Shown piece after piece: positions 38,983 through 54,264 of a stretch of 64,000 bases of DNA. Location: positions 43,400,001-43,464,000 of the forward strand of contig OX597827.1 in assembly GCA_951406725.2 (NCBI GenBank). Direction: 5' to 3'. How positions within the stretch are numbered: position 1 is the first letter of the stretch; each line of letters begins with the position of its first letter. The position numbers and the translations under genes were made by a program. Source of the stretch: Octopus vulgaris (lineage: Eukaryota). The notes beneath the pieces are model-generated. The model had not been told where the DNA came from. It made no database searches and saw only the letters and a list, made by a program, of their open reading frames with translations.

Positions 38983-39127
38983 GTCGTAATCATCATCGTC
39001 GTCATCGTCATTGGTGTCGTCGTTGCCGTAGAAAATAGTTTCTATGTAAACAAGAACGAATTAAATCTGAGCAATTACACATGGAAATAAACAGCCGCAT
39101 CGACAGCAAGCACCTGTACGACAGCAG

Positions 39128-39198
<71 letters not shown>

Positions 39199-39446
39199 TG
39201 CTGCTGCTACGACTACCACCGCCACCATCACCACTACCACCGCCACTACCATCACTACCAACAACAACAATACCACCACCACCACCACCGTCACCACCAC
39301 CACAACAATCACCACTACCACCACCATCACCATCACCACCACCACCACCACCACCACCACCATCTCCACCACCACCACCACCACTACCAATACTACTACT
39401 GCTGCTGCTACTGCTACGTCTACTACTACTACTACTACCACCACTA

Positions 39447-39477
<31 letters not shown>

Positions 39478-39510
39478 TATCATCGTCACCACCACTACCA
39501 CAGCGATAAC
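38150..39510. repeat. (CAT/CGT/CAC/TAC)n low-complexity tract
   Basis: Direct reading. Confidence 0.92.
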
Positions 39511-40110
39511 TTAAGATCATACAAAGTAGTTAGAAAGCAATCAACTAATTGATCACAGACGGTGACCTCTCTTCCATGATCGATCGTCAACATTGCAATA
39601 CAATAAACAATATCGTCATCGTCGTCACCATCATCATCATCATCATCATCATCATTGTCATAGTCGTCGTCGTTGTCATCGCCGAATGTCGTCGTCTCTT
39701 GCAGCAACGTAAGTAATAACAACGGCGACAATGGCGACCTCAGCACGCATTGAAATCGAAGTTCCACTTTATTCTGAATACAAGAATAATACACAGCCTG
39801 CCATATAGACAGCAACCCATATACCATGAAAGATACGTATGTGTACAGCCCTACCCAATCCATCTTGTTTTTGTATACATTCGATGCTTTCTTCCAAGGA
39901 ATCTAATGCTCTTAGCTTAGTTTTTTCCTTGGGGCTGGCCAGATTGGAGCAATCTCAAGTATAATCGGCCGAAATTACGTAGATAATCTGGTTGGTACAT
40001 GACTGAGGAGAGAAAACTTAGAATGGCCTGTCCTTGTTTTCTTTGTATCGTCTAACTGCCCGGATGTTTTGCGTTCTTGTCACATTTTGTATTACATATA
40101 CATACATACA

Positions 40111-40147
<37 letters not shown>

Positions 40148-40424
40148 ATATATACAAATTGGGTCATCGCCACCGCAAACAACACCATCAACAACACCAT
40201 TATCATCACTACTACGAACATCATCACGAGCAACACCAAAAGCAACGACAATCGTCATCATCATCATCATCATCTTCATCATCATTCACCATCCCTACCA
40301 ACACCAATACGACCAATCTGTATTTTATACTCCACCTACTACACGAGTCACACATACACAGCATATATATATGAGTGCGCAAATGTGTGTGTATGCATGT
40401 ATGTATATGTATATGTATATATTA

Positions 40425-40819
40425 CTCTTTTACTTGTTTCAGTCATTTGACTGCGGCCATGCTGGAGCACCGCCTTTAGTCGATCAAATCGACCCCGGGA
40501 CTTATTCTTTGTAAGCCCAGTACTTATTCTATCGGTCTCTTTTTGCCGAACCGCTAGGTGACGGGGACGTAAACACACCAGCATCGGTTGTCAAGCAATG
40601 CTAGGGGGACAAACACAGACACACAAACACACACACATACATATATATATATATACATATATACGACAGGCTTCTTTCAGTTTCCATCTACCAAATCCAC
40701 TCACAAGGCATTGGTCGGCCCGGGGCTATAGCAGAAGACACTTGCCCAAGATGCCACGCAGTGGGACTGAACCCGCAACCATGTGGCTGGTTAGCAAGCT
40801 ACTTACCACACAGCCACTC

Positions 40820-40820
<1 letters not shown>
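40425..40820 (-). mobile_element. SINE A, full length and well preserved
   Basis: Head AGGAGTGGCTGTGTGG, B-box, central (TA)(TG) tract and tail ...GACTGAAACAAGTAAAAGAG. Confidence 0.92.
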
Positions 40821-40873
<53 letters not shown>

Positions 40874-40879
<6 letters not shown>

Positions 40880-41693
40880 CTCATCCTATAAATAATGCGT
40901 TTTTTACTTCTTTTATTTTTTGAAAATTAAGATAAACAAACTTCTTTTTTAATTTTTCATATATTCTCCTTCATTTTCTACAATGCTCTTCCATTTATCT
41001 GGTAGACTTGCAAGGCCCCTCTTCCAAATTTCACTTGTTCATGACGAAAAATACTCCTCCCCTACTGTTCTGACCTCGTCTAAAGAATTCATATTTTTTC
41101 CATCCAAATGATTTAAAAGACAGCGGAATAAATGGAGCAATGTCCGGCGAATATGGTGGGTGGAGCATGGTTTCTTATTCAAACTGCTCCAGCTTTTGGA
41201 ATTTCATTCTCGCTGTATGTGGCCGAGCATTATCCTGATGGAAGAATACCTTTCATCTTGAAACCAAAGATGGTCGTTTTTCTTCTAGCGCTGACTTATG
41301 CCGCTCAAGCTGCTTACAGTAGATCTCTTTTGTTATCGTGTGGTTTGGGTTTAAAAGTTCAAAGTGGACTAAACCTTTCATATCCCACCAAACAGATAAC
41401 AACACCTTACGTGGGTGAAGACCTTCTTTAGCCTGGGGTTCTGGTGTTTCATTTTTATAGAGAACCCGTTTCTTGTCACCTGTCACTATTCAGTCCAAAA
41501 AAGGTTCATTCGTGAGACGTGACAGCAAAGAAAAGCACATATTAACTCTCTGCGCGCGATTAGACTCAGAAAGTTTGTGAGGAACACATAGACCCATTTT
41601 GCTGACTTTTCCTGCGTCATACAGGTGTCGATGAACGGTTGAATGAGTAAATCCAAGCTTCTCTGCTAGTTCAACAGTTATCATGCGATTTTG

Positions 41694-41695
<2 letters not shown>
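40874..41695 (-). mobile_element. Mariner transposon 3' two-thirds, decayed
   Basis: GLCVPHKLSE..EPFLD*IVTGDKKRVLY..GLHPRKVLLSVWWDMKG; TIR-like TTGGCTCATCCTATAAATAATGCG next to (TA)n. Confidence 0.9.
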
Positions 41696-41748
<53 letters not shown>

Positions 41749-42027
41749 TGATGCTATAATAGGAGATAGCTTCTGAAGATGGCACGCAGTGTGAGCTGAA
41801 TTCAGAAGCATGTGATTGAGAAGCGAACTTTTTATCACACAGACGCTATGTATGTATGTATGTATGTATGTATGAATGTATGTATGTATGTATGTATGTA
41901 TGTATGTATGTATGTATGTATGTATGTATGTATCTATCTATCTATCTATCTCTCTCTCTCTTTCTCTCCTCTCTCCCTCTCTCTCTTTCTCTTTCCCTCT
42001 CTCTCTTTCTCTTTCCCTCTCTCTCTC

Positions 42028-42085
<58 letters not shown>

Positions 42086-42097
42086 TATATATAAATG

Positions 42098-42128
<31 letters not shown>

Positions 42129-42616
42129 ATGATGATGATTGCTGTTTCTTGTCAGACAAGTGCCTTCTCTTCATTGAACATTGCACACTCGTGTGCACTC
42201 AGGTGTTTTTCCAGCCCAACATTCGTTCTCCAGGAATCGTTAACAGATGTGACATATCTCTTTTCAGTACGAATGCACTGCGATGTACGTGGGGCCAGAA
42301 CCATTTCACAAACAGCTCGAATCCTCCCTGGCTAATGTGACTTTAAATGGCTGACAAACGCAGCACTTGAGAGAACAATTCATCCACAGACATCGCATCG
42401 CAAATTATTTTCATGTCAAGCTATATTTAAAAAAAAGAAATAAAAGCTGAAGTGAACTGTAGGTGAGTATATGTTTTAGCAAAAATTATGTGTGTGTGTG
42501 TATGTGTGTGTGTGTATGTATGTATGTATGTATGTATGTATGTATGTATGTATGTATGTATGTATGAATGTGTGTGTGTGCATGTATGTATGTATGTATG
42601 TATGTATATATGTATG

Positions 42617-42653
<37 letters not shown>

Positions 42654-43334
42654 ATCAAAACTGTTTGATTCAGATTCGTTATTAGATTTGAGTTTCAAGT
42701 GTGATGCTAATCGTCAGCCATTTTAAATACGGCATAGCGACAGAAATTGACCACGTGGGGCACAGGAAATAGAGCACATGGTGATTAGAAACCGGTCAGG
42801 TTGTTGGGGTTGACGTATGAAGGGGTAGCATGTGCAAGTATATAGTTCTGTATGTGTGTGCGGAGACGCGCTCATATAGTTCTGGATCTCATCTGTTGAC
42901 TGTATGTATGTATGTATGTATGTATGTATGTATGTATCTGTGTGTGTATGTATATATATATATGTATATATATATGTATCCATATACGTTTCTATGAATG
43001 AATGTATTTGTATGTACGTTTGCATGTATGGATATGTATGTATTTATGTATGTATGTATGTACGTTTGCATCTATAGACGTGCATGTAGGTATACATGCT
43101 TGCAAACAGCATGTATGTATGTATGCACGTTTGCATGTATGTATGTTTATGTATGTGTGTATGTATGTATGCATGCATGCATGTATGTATGTTTCCATGT
43201 ACAGATGTGTACGTATGTACGTTTGCAGGTATGGATGTGTATCTATGTATATCTGTATGTATGTATATATGTATGTATGTATATATGTATGTATGTATGT
43301 GTTCCCCAGTTGGGGAACACATGGTATAGAAAAC

Positions 43335-43890
43335 ATGTTATGTCAGGTCACTTTCGAGTGCTACTGGTAACATGTAACCCAGTACAACCTGTTGCATAGT
43401 CGGGTCGTCGGCGACTAAACCGGCAACCCCACCAAGCTTGCTTGGTGAGGAGGGTGTTTATTGGACACCCTGCGGGTTGAAAAACAAAGCCCGTCAAAGG
43501 GCGGAGGAACTCTTGAGAGTCAACGGCCATCCAATAAATGTTTTAAAGCTGTATCATGCACGGGGACATAGAAATAATCGGACTGAATACCCGATCACGC
43601 GGTTAAACCATTGGGAGTGAAGGACTTCTAGCCGTTGTTAGGGCATCCTTCTAGGAGAAGGTAACTCAGGTAACTGGGATAACTCCGACATAAAACCTGT
43701 GGCTCAGTGGTTACCGATGATGTTGACTTGTTCTTTTTGGATTATGGCTGCTGTTGCTTGGTGAGTGGGATTGACTCAGTACACAGCCTTTCCTCACATT
43801 AAAAAATCTTTTTGCATAGGCATTGCACGATAACAACATTGATTAGGCTTCGTGCAATGGCCATACTCGATAACGAGGGGGGAGCCACCA
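43335..43890 (+). mobile_element. Non-coding RTE-derived element (5'-UTR-like segment joined to a 3'-end-like segment)
   Basis: GGGCATCCTTCTAGGAGAAGGTAACTC resembles the RTE 5' UTR motif; the terminal CTCGATAACGAGGGGGGAGCCACC resembles RTE 3' ends. No ORF. Confidence 0.55.
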
Positions 43891-44115
43891 TGTATGCATG
43901 TATGCATATATGTATATATGTATATATGTATGTAAGCATGTATGTATGCATGTATTTATGTATGTACGTATGTATGTATGTATGTATGTATGTATGTATG
44001 TGTCAATGTATGAATGAATGTTTGTTAAAGAGGATTGTTTTCGTTGGGCAATAAATAAAAAGCTGTCAAATGGTGGATGAACTCACTAGAGTTAACGACC
44101 TGGAAATATCTGCGA

Positions 44116-44174
<59 letters not shown>

Positions 44175-44463
44175 AGAGATCGCTAATTATTGTTGAGACA
44201 TGTCTCAAGGAGAAGTAAAACCTTGGTATATAACACCTGCGACTTTGTTTGCATCTAATGACGCAGGCTAATTATTCTTTTTGAGTAAATGTATATACCG
44301 GTTTCAAATTTTCGCACGAGGCCAGCAATTTCGGATGTGCAGATCAGTTCGACTTACATCGAATCCAGTGTCCGACTGGTTCTTGATTTTCGCCCAGCGT
44401 GATAACGATTCTGCCAGCCACGCCGTCTCATCTACATTTATCAATACTACTACTACTACTACT

Positions 44464-44583
44464 ATGGAAGCACTCCGTCGGTTACGACGACGAGGGTTCC
44501 GGTTGATCCGATGAACGGAACAGCCTGCTCGTGAAATTAACGCGAGTCCGCTGCCCTAACCACTGGGCCATTGCGCCTCCACA
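44464..44583 (-). mobile_element. SINE C with a large internal deletion (head fused to tail)
   Basis: Both ends of 21793-22165 are joined at AATTAACG|CGAGTCC. Confidence 0.8.
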
Positions 44584-44697
44584 CTACTACTATATATATA
44601 TATATATATACATATATATATAACGGGAAGGTTTACGAAAATAAACAAAAGACGAAGGCAGGTGGAGTACAAACAAACAAATGTATTAGTATAGCGC

Positions 44698-44732
<35 letters not shown>

Positions 44733-46199
44733 CGTGGCACTCCGTCGGTTACGGAGAAGATTAAACATAAAAGATAATGTTCAATATAAAATATGGACCA
44801 AACCTAGAATTTGAGAAAATGAAATAGAAGGCGAGCTGTCGGGTAGACGGATTTATTAAGGTAAAGATCGACAAGGAATTAAAATGAAGTCACGAGAAAT
44901 AAACTACAAGACTTACGCAGAAGTTGGCGGGCGCTTTTTGTCTTCTCCCATCCTTATCATCCTTGTATCATTATCATTCATCTCAAAAATGTCCGTGTCC
45001 AGCCCGCAAGCTCCCTTACTCTATGTACTGCCTTTATGGCAAATTTAATAAAATAAAGTAGAAGTTTAGTATGGGGTCGATATAATCCCCTTGAGCGAAA
45101 ATTTGAAACCAATGCTGGTCATGAGATTAAGTTTGCTTTGTATCCATGTCGTTTCGGGTTCAATCCCTTTTGCATAGCACCTTGGGTGTCTTCTACAAGC
45201 ACACACACATGTACACATTTGTACACACATTTTTTACTTATATCTACATATAACTATGCACATGTATATATTTATACATATACGCACATATACATATTAT
45301 ATAGACATGAATATACATATAATTATATATAGATATGTATACCTATATGTGTGTGTGTAAAAATGTGTCGAAACGGTCGTAGTGATTTTAAAATAAAGAA
45401 TGTAGTGCATTCCACTTTATACTACTTTATACTACACTTTATACTATTGGTTGTCCAATAAGTGTGGACGAACTATGCATAGCATTCTAGAAATTTTTTA
45501 CCCGGATCCTATTTAAACCAAACGCTTGTGAATGTATCTGGTGAACGAAAACTGTATGGAGGTCTGTCGTACGAGCGTGAGTGTATATATGTGCGTGTAT
45601 GTGTGTACGCGCGCTTGTGTCTGTTTGTGTCTCCCTCTCAACTACCGCTTGACAATATGCGATGGTTTCTGTACACCCCCATAAATTAGCAGTCCGGCAA
45701 AAGAGACTGATAGAATAAGCACCAAACATAAAAGAATGAATTCTAAAATCGATCTGTTCTACTGGATCCCTTCAAAGCAGCTCCTCACTAACTGAAAGAA
45801 GGAGAAGATAAATGTTAATAGTTTCAAACGTTTTGATTTTTACTTAATTCTATATCCTTATTTAATACACTTGCATCAGCTCTGCATAGTTTAAACAATA
45901 AATAACGATATTTACTCCTGAAATTGAGCGCCTGTCAGTAACGCAGTGCATTAAGGAAATAAAGTCATTTCATGCATGAAAGATAAGTTTTCACGAGAAA
46001 TGCACGAGTGTTCTATTGAACCGAAAAAGCATTCCTTAAGTAAAATTCTCGTCCATTTCTAGATGCTTTTTCTGTGTGTGTAATACCGGATACATACATA
46101 CATACATACATACATACATACATACATACATACATACATACATACATACATACATACACACACATATATATACATATATATACATATATATATATATAT

Positions 46200-46230
<31 letters not shown>

Positions 46231-46408
46231 CATACATACAAACATACATACATATATATATATATACATACGCACATATATATATCTCAATACATAGACA
46301 CATATGTGTGTGCATATACCTGTGAGTGTGTGTATGTTTCGGCGTGTGTGTATATATATATATATGTATATATATATATGTATATACATATATATGTGTA
46401 TATATATG

Positions 46409-46489
<81 letters not shown>

Positions 46490-47469
46490 TCATTTCTGTG
46501 TTCATATAAGCAGGCTTTCTTCTATCAATTGTACATAAATGAAATATTGTGAAGACAGTAAAAGATAGGAGAAAGACAGGTATATAAAACAGAAGAGAAG
46601 GGTAGAGAGATAAGAGAGAGAGAGAGAGTGAGAGAGAGAGAGAGACTGGGAAATGTATATAGAGGGAAGGGAGATGACAATGAGGGAAAGAATGGGATTC
46701 AAAAAGTAGAGATTGAGAGAGATAAAACACATCACAAACATAATAAACAAACATAAGAAATTGAAAATAAAATAGAAATACACATCAGAAAAAAAAAAGA
46801 AAATAAAAGCAAATATAACATGAACGTATTGAAAGCAAATTCGTTGGAAAATTAATCGTAAACGAACAATGGATGCGTCTATATGTTGAATGGCAGCCAT
46901 TTATTTGTTACCTCACAAGAAGACAGAAAACAAGCATTTCGGATTTCGAGACAAGAGAGAAACATTGCATTGCTAACATCGTGAATCTCTATAAAGGAAG
47001 AATACAATACACGCACACACACACATACACACACACACAGACACATACACATACACACACATACACACGCACACATACATATATATATATACATGTGTAT
47101 ATGTATATATATTTATATCTATCAATCTATAATTTGTATATGTATGTATGCAGATATGTGTGTGTGCCTATGTGTGTGTATGTGTGTGTGTGTGTGTGTG
47201 TGTGCGTGGCGTGCGTGTGTGTGTAATGAAACCTCTTGAAACAAAACAGAACAGAAAACACAGAGAAACAGGAGGTGAAGGCAAAGAGTGGGGGGTTGAC
47301 TAGAGATAGAAGCAGAACAGTATCTTGTTTTACGGAATAAAACATTAAGATGGTACTTATATTATGTGTATACATTCATACACACATATAGACACACACA
47401 CACACACATAATGTATGCCTGTATGTATATACACCCACACGTATATGTACATAAACATACATACATTCA

Positions 47470-47730
47470 TACATGATGATGCTATCTCCGTTCGCTCAAA
47501 GAGTATCAGACAATGAGAGTTCTCCAAACTACGCCATTCTTTCCCTGTTGACATCAATCTCGGTCAAGTCTTCCCCCACAGTCGTTTACCAATTCTGCGT
47601 TGCCCTGCATCCCTCCGCCCTTCTTCATTCATCTGTCCACACGACGGCTGTCCTTGCCGGTTTCTCTAACACTAAACGCTACAAGCAATATGCGTTCGTC
47701 TGTGACGACGTTTTGCAGTTTACGTAGGCC
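47470..47730 (-). mobile_element. Decayed RTE-like 3' end
   Basis: W*TTVGEDL..GKEWRSL followed by a short (CAT)n tail. Confidence 0.45.
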
Positions 47731-47879
47731 AGCCCTTCCCATGACCTGATTTTAATTCCTTGTCGATCTTTGCCTTCATAAATCCGTTTACTCGACAGCT
47801 CGCCTTCTATTTCATTTTCTCAAATTCTAGGTTTGATTCATACTTTATATAGAACATTATCTTTTATATTTAATCTTTT

Positions 47880-48232
47880 TTTTTATTTGTTTACACGTTT
47901 CAGTCATGTGACTGCGGCCAAGCTGGGGCATCAACTTGAAGGGTTTTTAGTTGAACAAAGCAACTCCAGGACTTATATTTTATTAAGTTTGGTACTTATT
48001 CCATCGGTTTCATTTGCCGAATTGCTGGTGTATTGGGAGGCAAATGCGCCAACACCGGTTGTCAAGCAGTGGTAGGGGAACAAACATAGATATAAACACA
48101 CACACTCATAAGGCTTTGGTCACCCGGGGCTATAGTAAAAGACACCAACATAAAGTGCTGCGCAGTGGGACTGAACCCGGAACCATAAGGTTGGGATGCA
48201 AACTTCTTACCACATAGCCACTTCTGCGCCTA
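47880..48232 (-). mobile_element. SINE A, diverged
   Basis: Tail and head motifs both present. Confidence 0.8.
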
Positions 48233-48969
48233 CTGAACATTAGTATAAATTACCTAGTGACTGATGAGTGTGATATTTGTGAAAATGAAATAATTAATTT
48301 AAAATAGAAGTAAAACATCATTTATATAACATAACTTCAATATAAAGAATTACAAGCGTTCTGTTGTGTAATTGTTTATGTCAGTCGATGGTGTGTCTGC
48401 TGTTCTTTTTTCCTATTTTACATTTATGCTTACCATGTAGAATATAATTTCCATTTAGATCTTGCCAGATAACTGAAATAAGCTTTTAAACGTGTTTATC
48501 ATGCATTTATCTTCGGTTAAGTGAATATGCAGAAATATAAACACATGCCTACTTAATAAGTTACGTTATGCTGAAGCAATTAACTACGATATGGCAATCA
48601 CTTCCATCCAGACAAACCTTAAACACCGAACGTACACACCATGTAGGTATAATGGAGACTATTTTTAAATGATGGTACTTCAGTCATACATATTCGTTCA
48701 GAAATAGTTTAGGCGATATTTGTGCAAAACATCATATTCAAAAGACAAATACTAGAACGTGCGAAGAAAAAATGTTGGTATTATTATTTGAGATATGTTC
48801 AAACTCAGCCGAGATCAACTTTGCATTTCATCCTTTTGGGGTCAATAAATTAAGTACCAGAGTAACAATGGAGTCGATGTAATCGACTTGTCCACTCCCC
48901 CAATACTTCAGGCCTTGTGCCTATAGCAGAAAGGATTATTATCTGAGATATGTAGCGCGCACGCATAAA

Positions 48970-49001
<32 letters not shown>

Positions 49002-49265
49002 CGCAGACACGCGCGCACATACATATATATGTTTGTGTATATGTGCTTTACCTTAGGCATAGCGATACTAAAAGCAGGTTGTAAGAATTAGATATACATA
49101 TGATTTAGAGTAAAACGTCAAGAGAATTCCGAGCGGATCTCGCACAATCACTCAATTCTGAGTGCACTGCTTATAATAGCAGAAACAACTGTAAGCCGAA
49201 GAGGGGGATAACGTAATTCCTGTTCTTTTGACATCCTCAATTGTTATATATATACACACACACAA

Positions 49266-49401
49266 ATGACTGTGTGGTAAGTACCTTGCTTCCCAACCAC
49301 ATGGTTCCGGGTTCAGTCCCACTGCGTGACATCTACTGTAGCCTCGGGCCGACCAAAGCCTTATAAGTGGATTTGGCAAACGGAAACTGAAAGAAACCTG
49401 T

Positions 49402-49451
<50 letters not shown>

Positions 49452-49683
49452 GGTATGTATGTATATGTATGTATTTGTGTGTCTGTGTTTGTCCCTCCAC
49501 CATCGCTTGACAACCGATGTTGGTGTATTTACGTCCCCATAATCTAGCGGTTCGGCAAAAGAAACCTATTGAATAATTACTAGGCTTACAACGAATAGGT
49601 CCTGGGGTCGATTTGTTCGACTAAAGGCGGTGCTCCAGCATGGCCGCAGTCAAATGACTGAAACAAGTAAAAGAATAAAAGAA
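49266..49683 (+). mobile_element. SINE A, full length
   Basis: GGTTCCGGGTTCAGTCCC ... (TA)n ... GGCGGTGCTCCAGCATGGCCGCAGTC. Confidence 0.88.
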
Positions 49684-49719
49684 CATATCGATAGATAGAT
49701 AGATACATACATACATTCA

Positions 49720-49751
<32 letters not shown>

Positions 49752-50231
49752 ACATACATACATATAAGCATACATATATGCATACATATATGCATACATA
49801 TATGCATACATATACACATATATTTATATCCTTGTAAATTGAATATATACTATAACAAAACTAGGGGAAATAAAGTATTTACACGACGCACTATTGTTAT
49901 TATAACACGAGATCCAACGTTCCCAAAAAACGGTTCACAGTGAACTGCTACCAACCCGAACTGCCAATCACTCATAGTTCTTTGTTTTATATCAATGAGA
50001 CAGTCCACCATTAGTCACCTGAAGGGTGGTCGGAATCCTTCCACAACTCATACATATATACATACATAAGCATTATTATATACTCTTATGAAGTCTATCG
50101 ATCATAAAATAACTGTAAAGATGTAGACGCAATGATATTAGACTTCCAAAGTTTTGCTTTTCTATTTCAGTTGCCGTTTATAATGTCAAGTGGCAATTAC
50201 ATTTAGTCTGTTTACTTCCCTTAACGAACAC

Positions 50232-50311
<80 letters not shown>

Positions 50312-50494
50312 ACACATGCACACACATATCTATATTTATCTGTATAACTCTGTTTGTCTGTTTACCTTCCTGTCTCTCTGCAGAACTGTTTATTAATCTA
50401 TTTTATCTACCTACCTTTCTAAATATCTATCTATCAATCTATCTGTCTATCCATCCATCCATCCATCCATCTCTCTGCATACACACACACACGA

Positions 50495-50546
<52 letters not shown>

Positions 50547-51323
50547 AAGGATGTTTATGTGTGTAATACGTATGTATTTCTAGAGTTTTCGACCGATTTT
50601 CACCAAACTTTAATCACACATTACTTATGAGCCGCGGATGGTCATGCACTATAAACATTATGCCCAGAGCTCCCGCGTAAAGCGAGAAACAGGGGGAAAT
50701 TATTTCACATGGGTTTTTCTCTAAAAACTTCAACCGAGTCTGTCCCATTTCTTTCTATATATCTCTTCTATTTCTTCTTCTCACTTTCATATATATAGAT
50801 ATCTGTTTCTTTCACTCTCTATCTCTCTCTTGCTCTCCGAAAATTGACCTCAGTGTATTTCAATTTTTGTCGTGCGTAAATATCTAGGTCTTCACACTAT
50901 TTATACGTTCTCCCTACAACATTACCTTACTTATTAAAAAAAATTTTACACTCCGTCTATTTAAATACACTATTTACATTCCTCCCACTATCAAAAACTG
51001 TTGTATTATATTCTTTGTCTTTTATTATTTTAGTATTGTGTGTGTGTTAGCGCGTTCGAAACGTATGAGATAGAAGAGGACATTTCAAAGCACCACGATG
51101 ACGACGACGTCACATATATGAGTGTGTATGTGTCCCTGAGTGTACGTGTATGGGTATACGAGTGTGTATGTCTCTCTGACTTTGTGTGTGTTTCTGCATC
51201 AGGAACGTTATTAAACATACACACATCTACACATACATGTACACATTTGATGACTGACATGCGTGAATGTATGCCTGTGTGTATCTCTCTTACTATATGT
51301 ATGTGACTGTATGTAAGAGTATA

Positions 51324-51738
51324 AGGCGGCGAGCTGGCAGAAACGTTAGCACACCGGGCGAAATGCCTAGCGGTATTTCGTCTGTCTTTACGTTCTGAGT
51401 TCAAATTCCACCGAGGTCGACTTTGTCTTTCCTCCTTTCGGGGTCGATAAATTAAGTACCAGTTACGCACTGGGGTCGTTCTAATCGACTTAATACCTAT
51501 GTCTGTCCTTGTTTGTCCCCTCTGTGTTTAGCCCCTTGTGGGTAGTAAAGAAATAGGTATTTCGTCTGTATTTACGTTCTGAGTTCAGATTCCGCCGAGG
51601 TCGACTTTGCCTTTCATCCTTTCGAGGTCGATAAATTAAGTACCAGTTACGCACTGCGGTCTATGTAATTGACTTAATCCCTTTGTCTGTCCTTCTTTTT
51701 CCTTCTATGTTTAGCTCCTTCTGGGCAATAAAGAAATA
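51324..51738 (+). mobile_element. Dimeric SINE B with a 16-bp target-site duplication
   Basis: One head and two bodies; TGTATGTAAGAGT(A/G)TA at 51308-51323 and 51739-51754. Confidence 0.9.
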
Positions 51739-51787
51739 TGTATGTAAGAGTGTATGTGTGCTTAACGTCACATTTTGTATATGAATG

Positions 51788-51826
<39 letters not shown>

Positions 51827-52404
51827 GTGCCAGTTACCTACGTTATTAAACACACACATACATCTACACAAACTCTTGACAAAAAAGAACAGTTATATAA
51901 AATACACATCTGCCGTTCAATTAACAGTTCATAATTATCGCAGCAGTTGCAAGATTGCAAGATATTTACAATTTGCTTATATTTGGTTAATTTCCACTGC
52001 ATACAAAAATATTGACATACTACATAACTACAACTGCTTACAGAAGTAGAATTTGACATATATTTTAAAATATTGATGTATATTTCAGTACACACGTGGT
52101 GTATACTGAATCTTCAGTATCTTCGTTCCTTGTATATTTTTATATTTCTACTATTTGCCTCACGTCGTACACAAAATTCCTATGAAACCTACATCGACCT
52201 CATCGGATAAAATTACCAACGAGAACATCCTCGTTTGATCTGGACTATACCACCAAAACCGAGAAGACTTAGAAAACATTCAAAGAAAGCTATCTACAGA
52301 GAAAGTCAGTCTAAAACTAAGTGAACTAAGAACTACATTAAGCAGTTTGTTTACTAACTTTTCCATAAACAATTCCATAAAATATACACTGCAAAAATCA
52401 CCTG

Positions 52405-52592
52405 AAATTGGGCCCCACCTGCAAGGTCATGTCCTGTTTATCGTCATATGAGATCACTAAGTCGCGCACATATGGCTGTGATGCATGTACCTGGTGTACC
52501 CTTATCAGATGGGTAGTCAAGTTGGGTGTACTGAGCTTTGTATATTTTACCCCAATGTCATTTTGATGGCATGCACTGCTCTCTCACTCAAT
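52405..52592. mobile_element. Partial copy 3 of the (TAA)n-associated repeat
   Basis: GGGCCCCACCTGCAAGGTCATG...GCATGCACTGCTCTCTCACTCA. Confidence 0.85.
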
Positions 52593-53655
52593 GATAATGA
52601 TAATAGTAATAATAATGATTCCTTTATTAATCACAAAAGTTTACATTAAGGATTATAACGAAGTAGCATTAGCATTGCCTTTAACCCCTTACCCAACAAT
52701 TATTTTGAAAATAAATGTATTTTTTCAGACATATTTTTTAATTGTTTTATTTTACTATGTTTTGAATGGTGATTTCGAGGTATATTTCAAACCTTATTTA
52801 TTATGAATTTTAATTCAATAATACTGATTTTAAATTACCGCTTTGGACAGAAACGAGTTAACCCGTTTTTTTCATAAATCATATTACTTTTACAAAAAAT
52901 CATGTTATTTTATTCGGTTATCGACATCGTGGGGTTATAATATAAAGGTATAAAAAAAAACAACGTAAAAACAAAGTGAATACTTCTATTCATAAAATGT
53001 GCCTTCCAACCCTTCGACTGTCTCCAGGTGACTAAATCATACCCGGTGAGCGAATATACTCGTATATGTCAAAAAAGAGTTTATAATAGACAAAGGAACT
53101 CGTTTGCTGTCGATTTTGGCGAGTCTATCTTTTGACGAGTTAACTCGCCAGAGATAGAAAAAAACGATTTCGGTCAAAACGCATATATTCGTTTCTGCCG
53201 GGTAAGAGGTTAATGCATTCTTATATATAAATACAGCCTCAAATAGACCTACATATGTCTCAACTACATCGGTTAATAACCGTTACAATTGCAACTTAAC
53301 AATAATACCGTTTTCTTTAGTCTTCATTGTAATATCCTTTGAGATTTAATTGTTTAAAGTCTTTATGTTGATTTTCTTTGCGTTCAATGAAGTGGAGTTG
53401 TACGTTAATTTAGACGCAAACTATTTTCAATTCCAAATATTGATTAGATAATCACACGTTTATTCCTTATTGTCAGTTATATATCAAAAAATTTAGTTCT
53501 TCAATCATTTGTAACTCATTTATATTGAGCGAAAGTAAATTTTCTCATATGCAAGCATCTTAAAACTTGTTCTTCTCTAGAATTTATTATATTATCCACT
53601 GATGTAATATCTATATCTATATCTATATATCTCTCTCTCTTTCTCTCTCTCTCTT

Positions 53656-53686
<31 letters not shown>

Positions 53687-53754
53687 TTCTCTCTCTCTCT
53701 TTATATATATATATATATACATATATATGTACATATATACATACATACATACAT

Positions 53755-53819
<65 letters not shown>

Positions 53820-54264
53820 CATACACATACAAACAAAGTTGTTTTATTCCATACAGGTAAAAATATAGGAAAAATAGAAGTTGAAAATGCACTGACAATA
53901 TAAAAGGGTAACATTAATCAATTAAATTAATTAATTAATCAATTAATTAATAATTTTATAAAGATATTTTAAATGAGGAGGGTGGTCGATACGGCAGGAG
54001 AAGTGGCTAAAGTGTGTGTGTGTGTATGGGGGGTCGATGCGGAAAGAGAAGTGGCTAAAGAGGGTCGATGGTCGAAAAAGTTTAGCGACCCCTGCACTAG
54101 GCTAATGTCCGATTTGCTTTCTCTAGAGCAGACTGTAAATAGTGAGTTTCAGGCGACCTACAAAAACAAGTTCTTAATGTCGTCCAAGTATCGTAACCAA
54201 GCTTCAAGTTTCAATATGTTTTACATTCTTAAATTAATATGACACAGAGAAAATAGCTTTACAA

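Noticed and set aside
48258-48292. CTGATGAG...GAAA hammerhead candidate
   Set aside because: No credible stem II, stem III or stem I.
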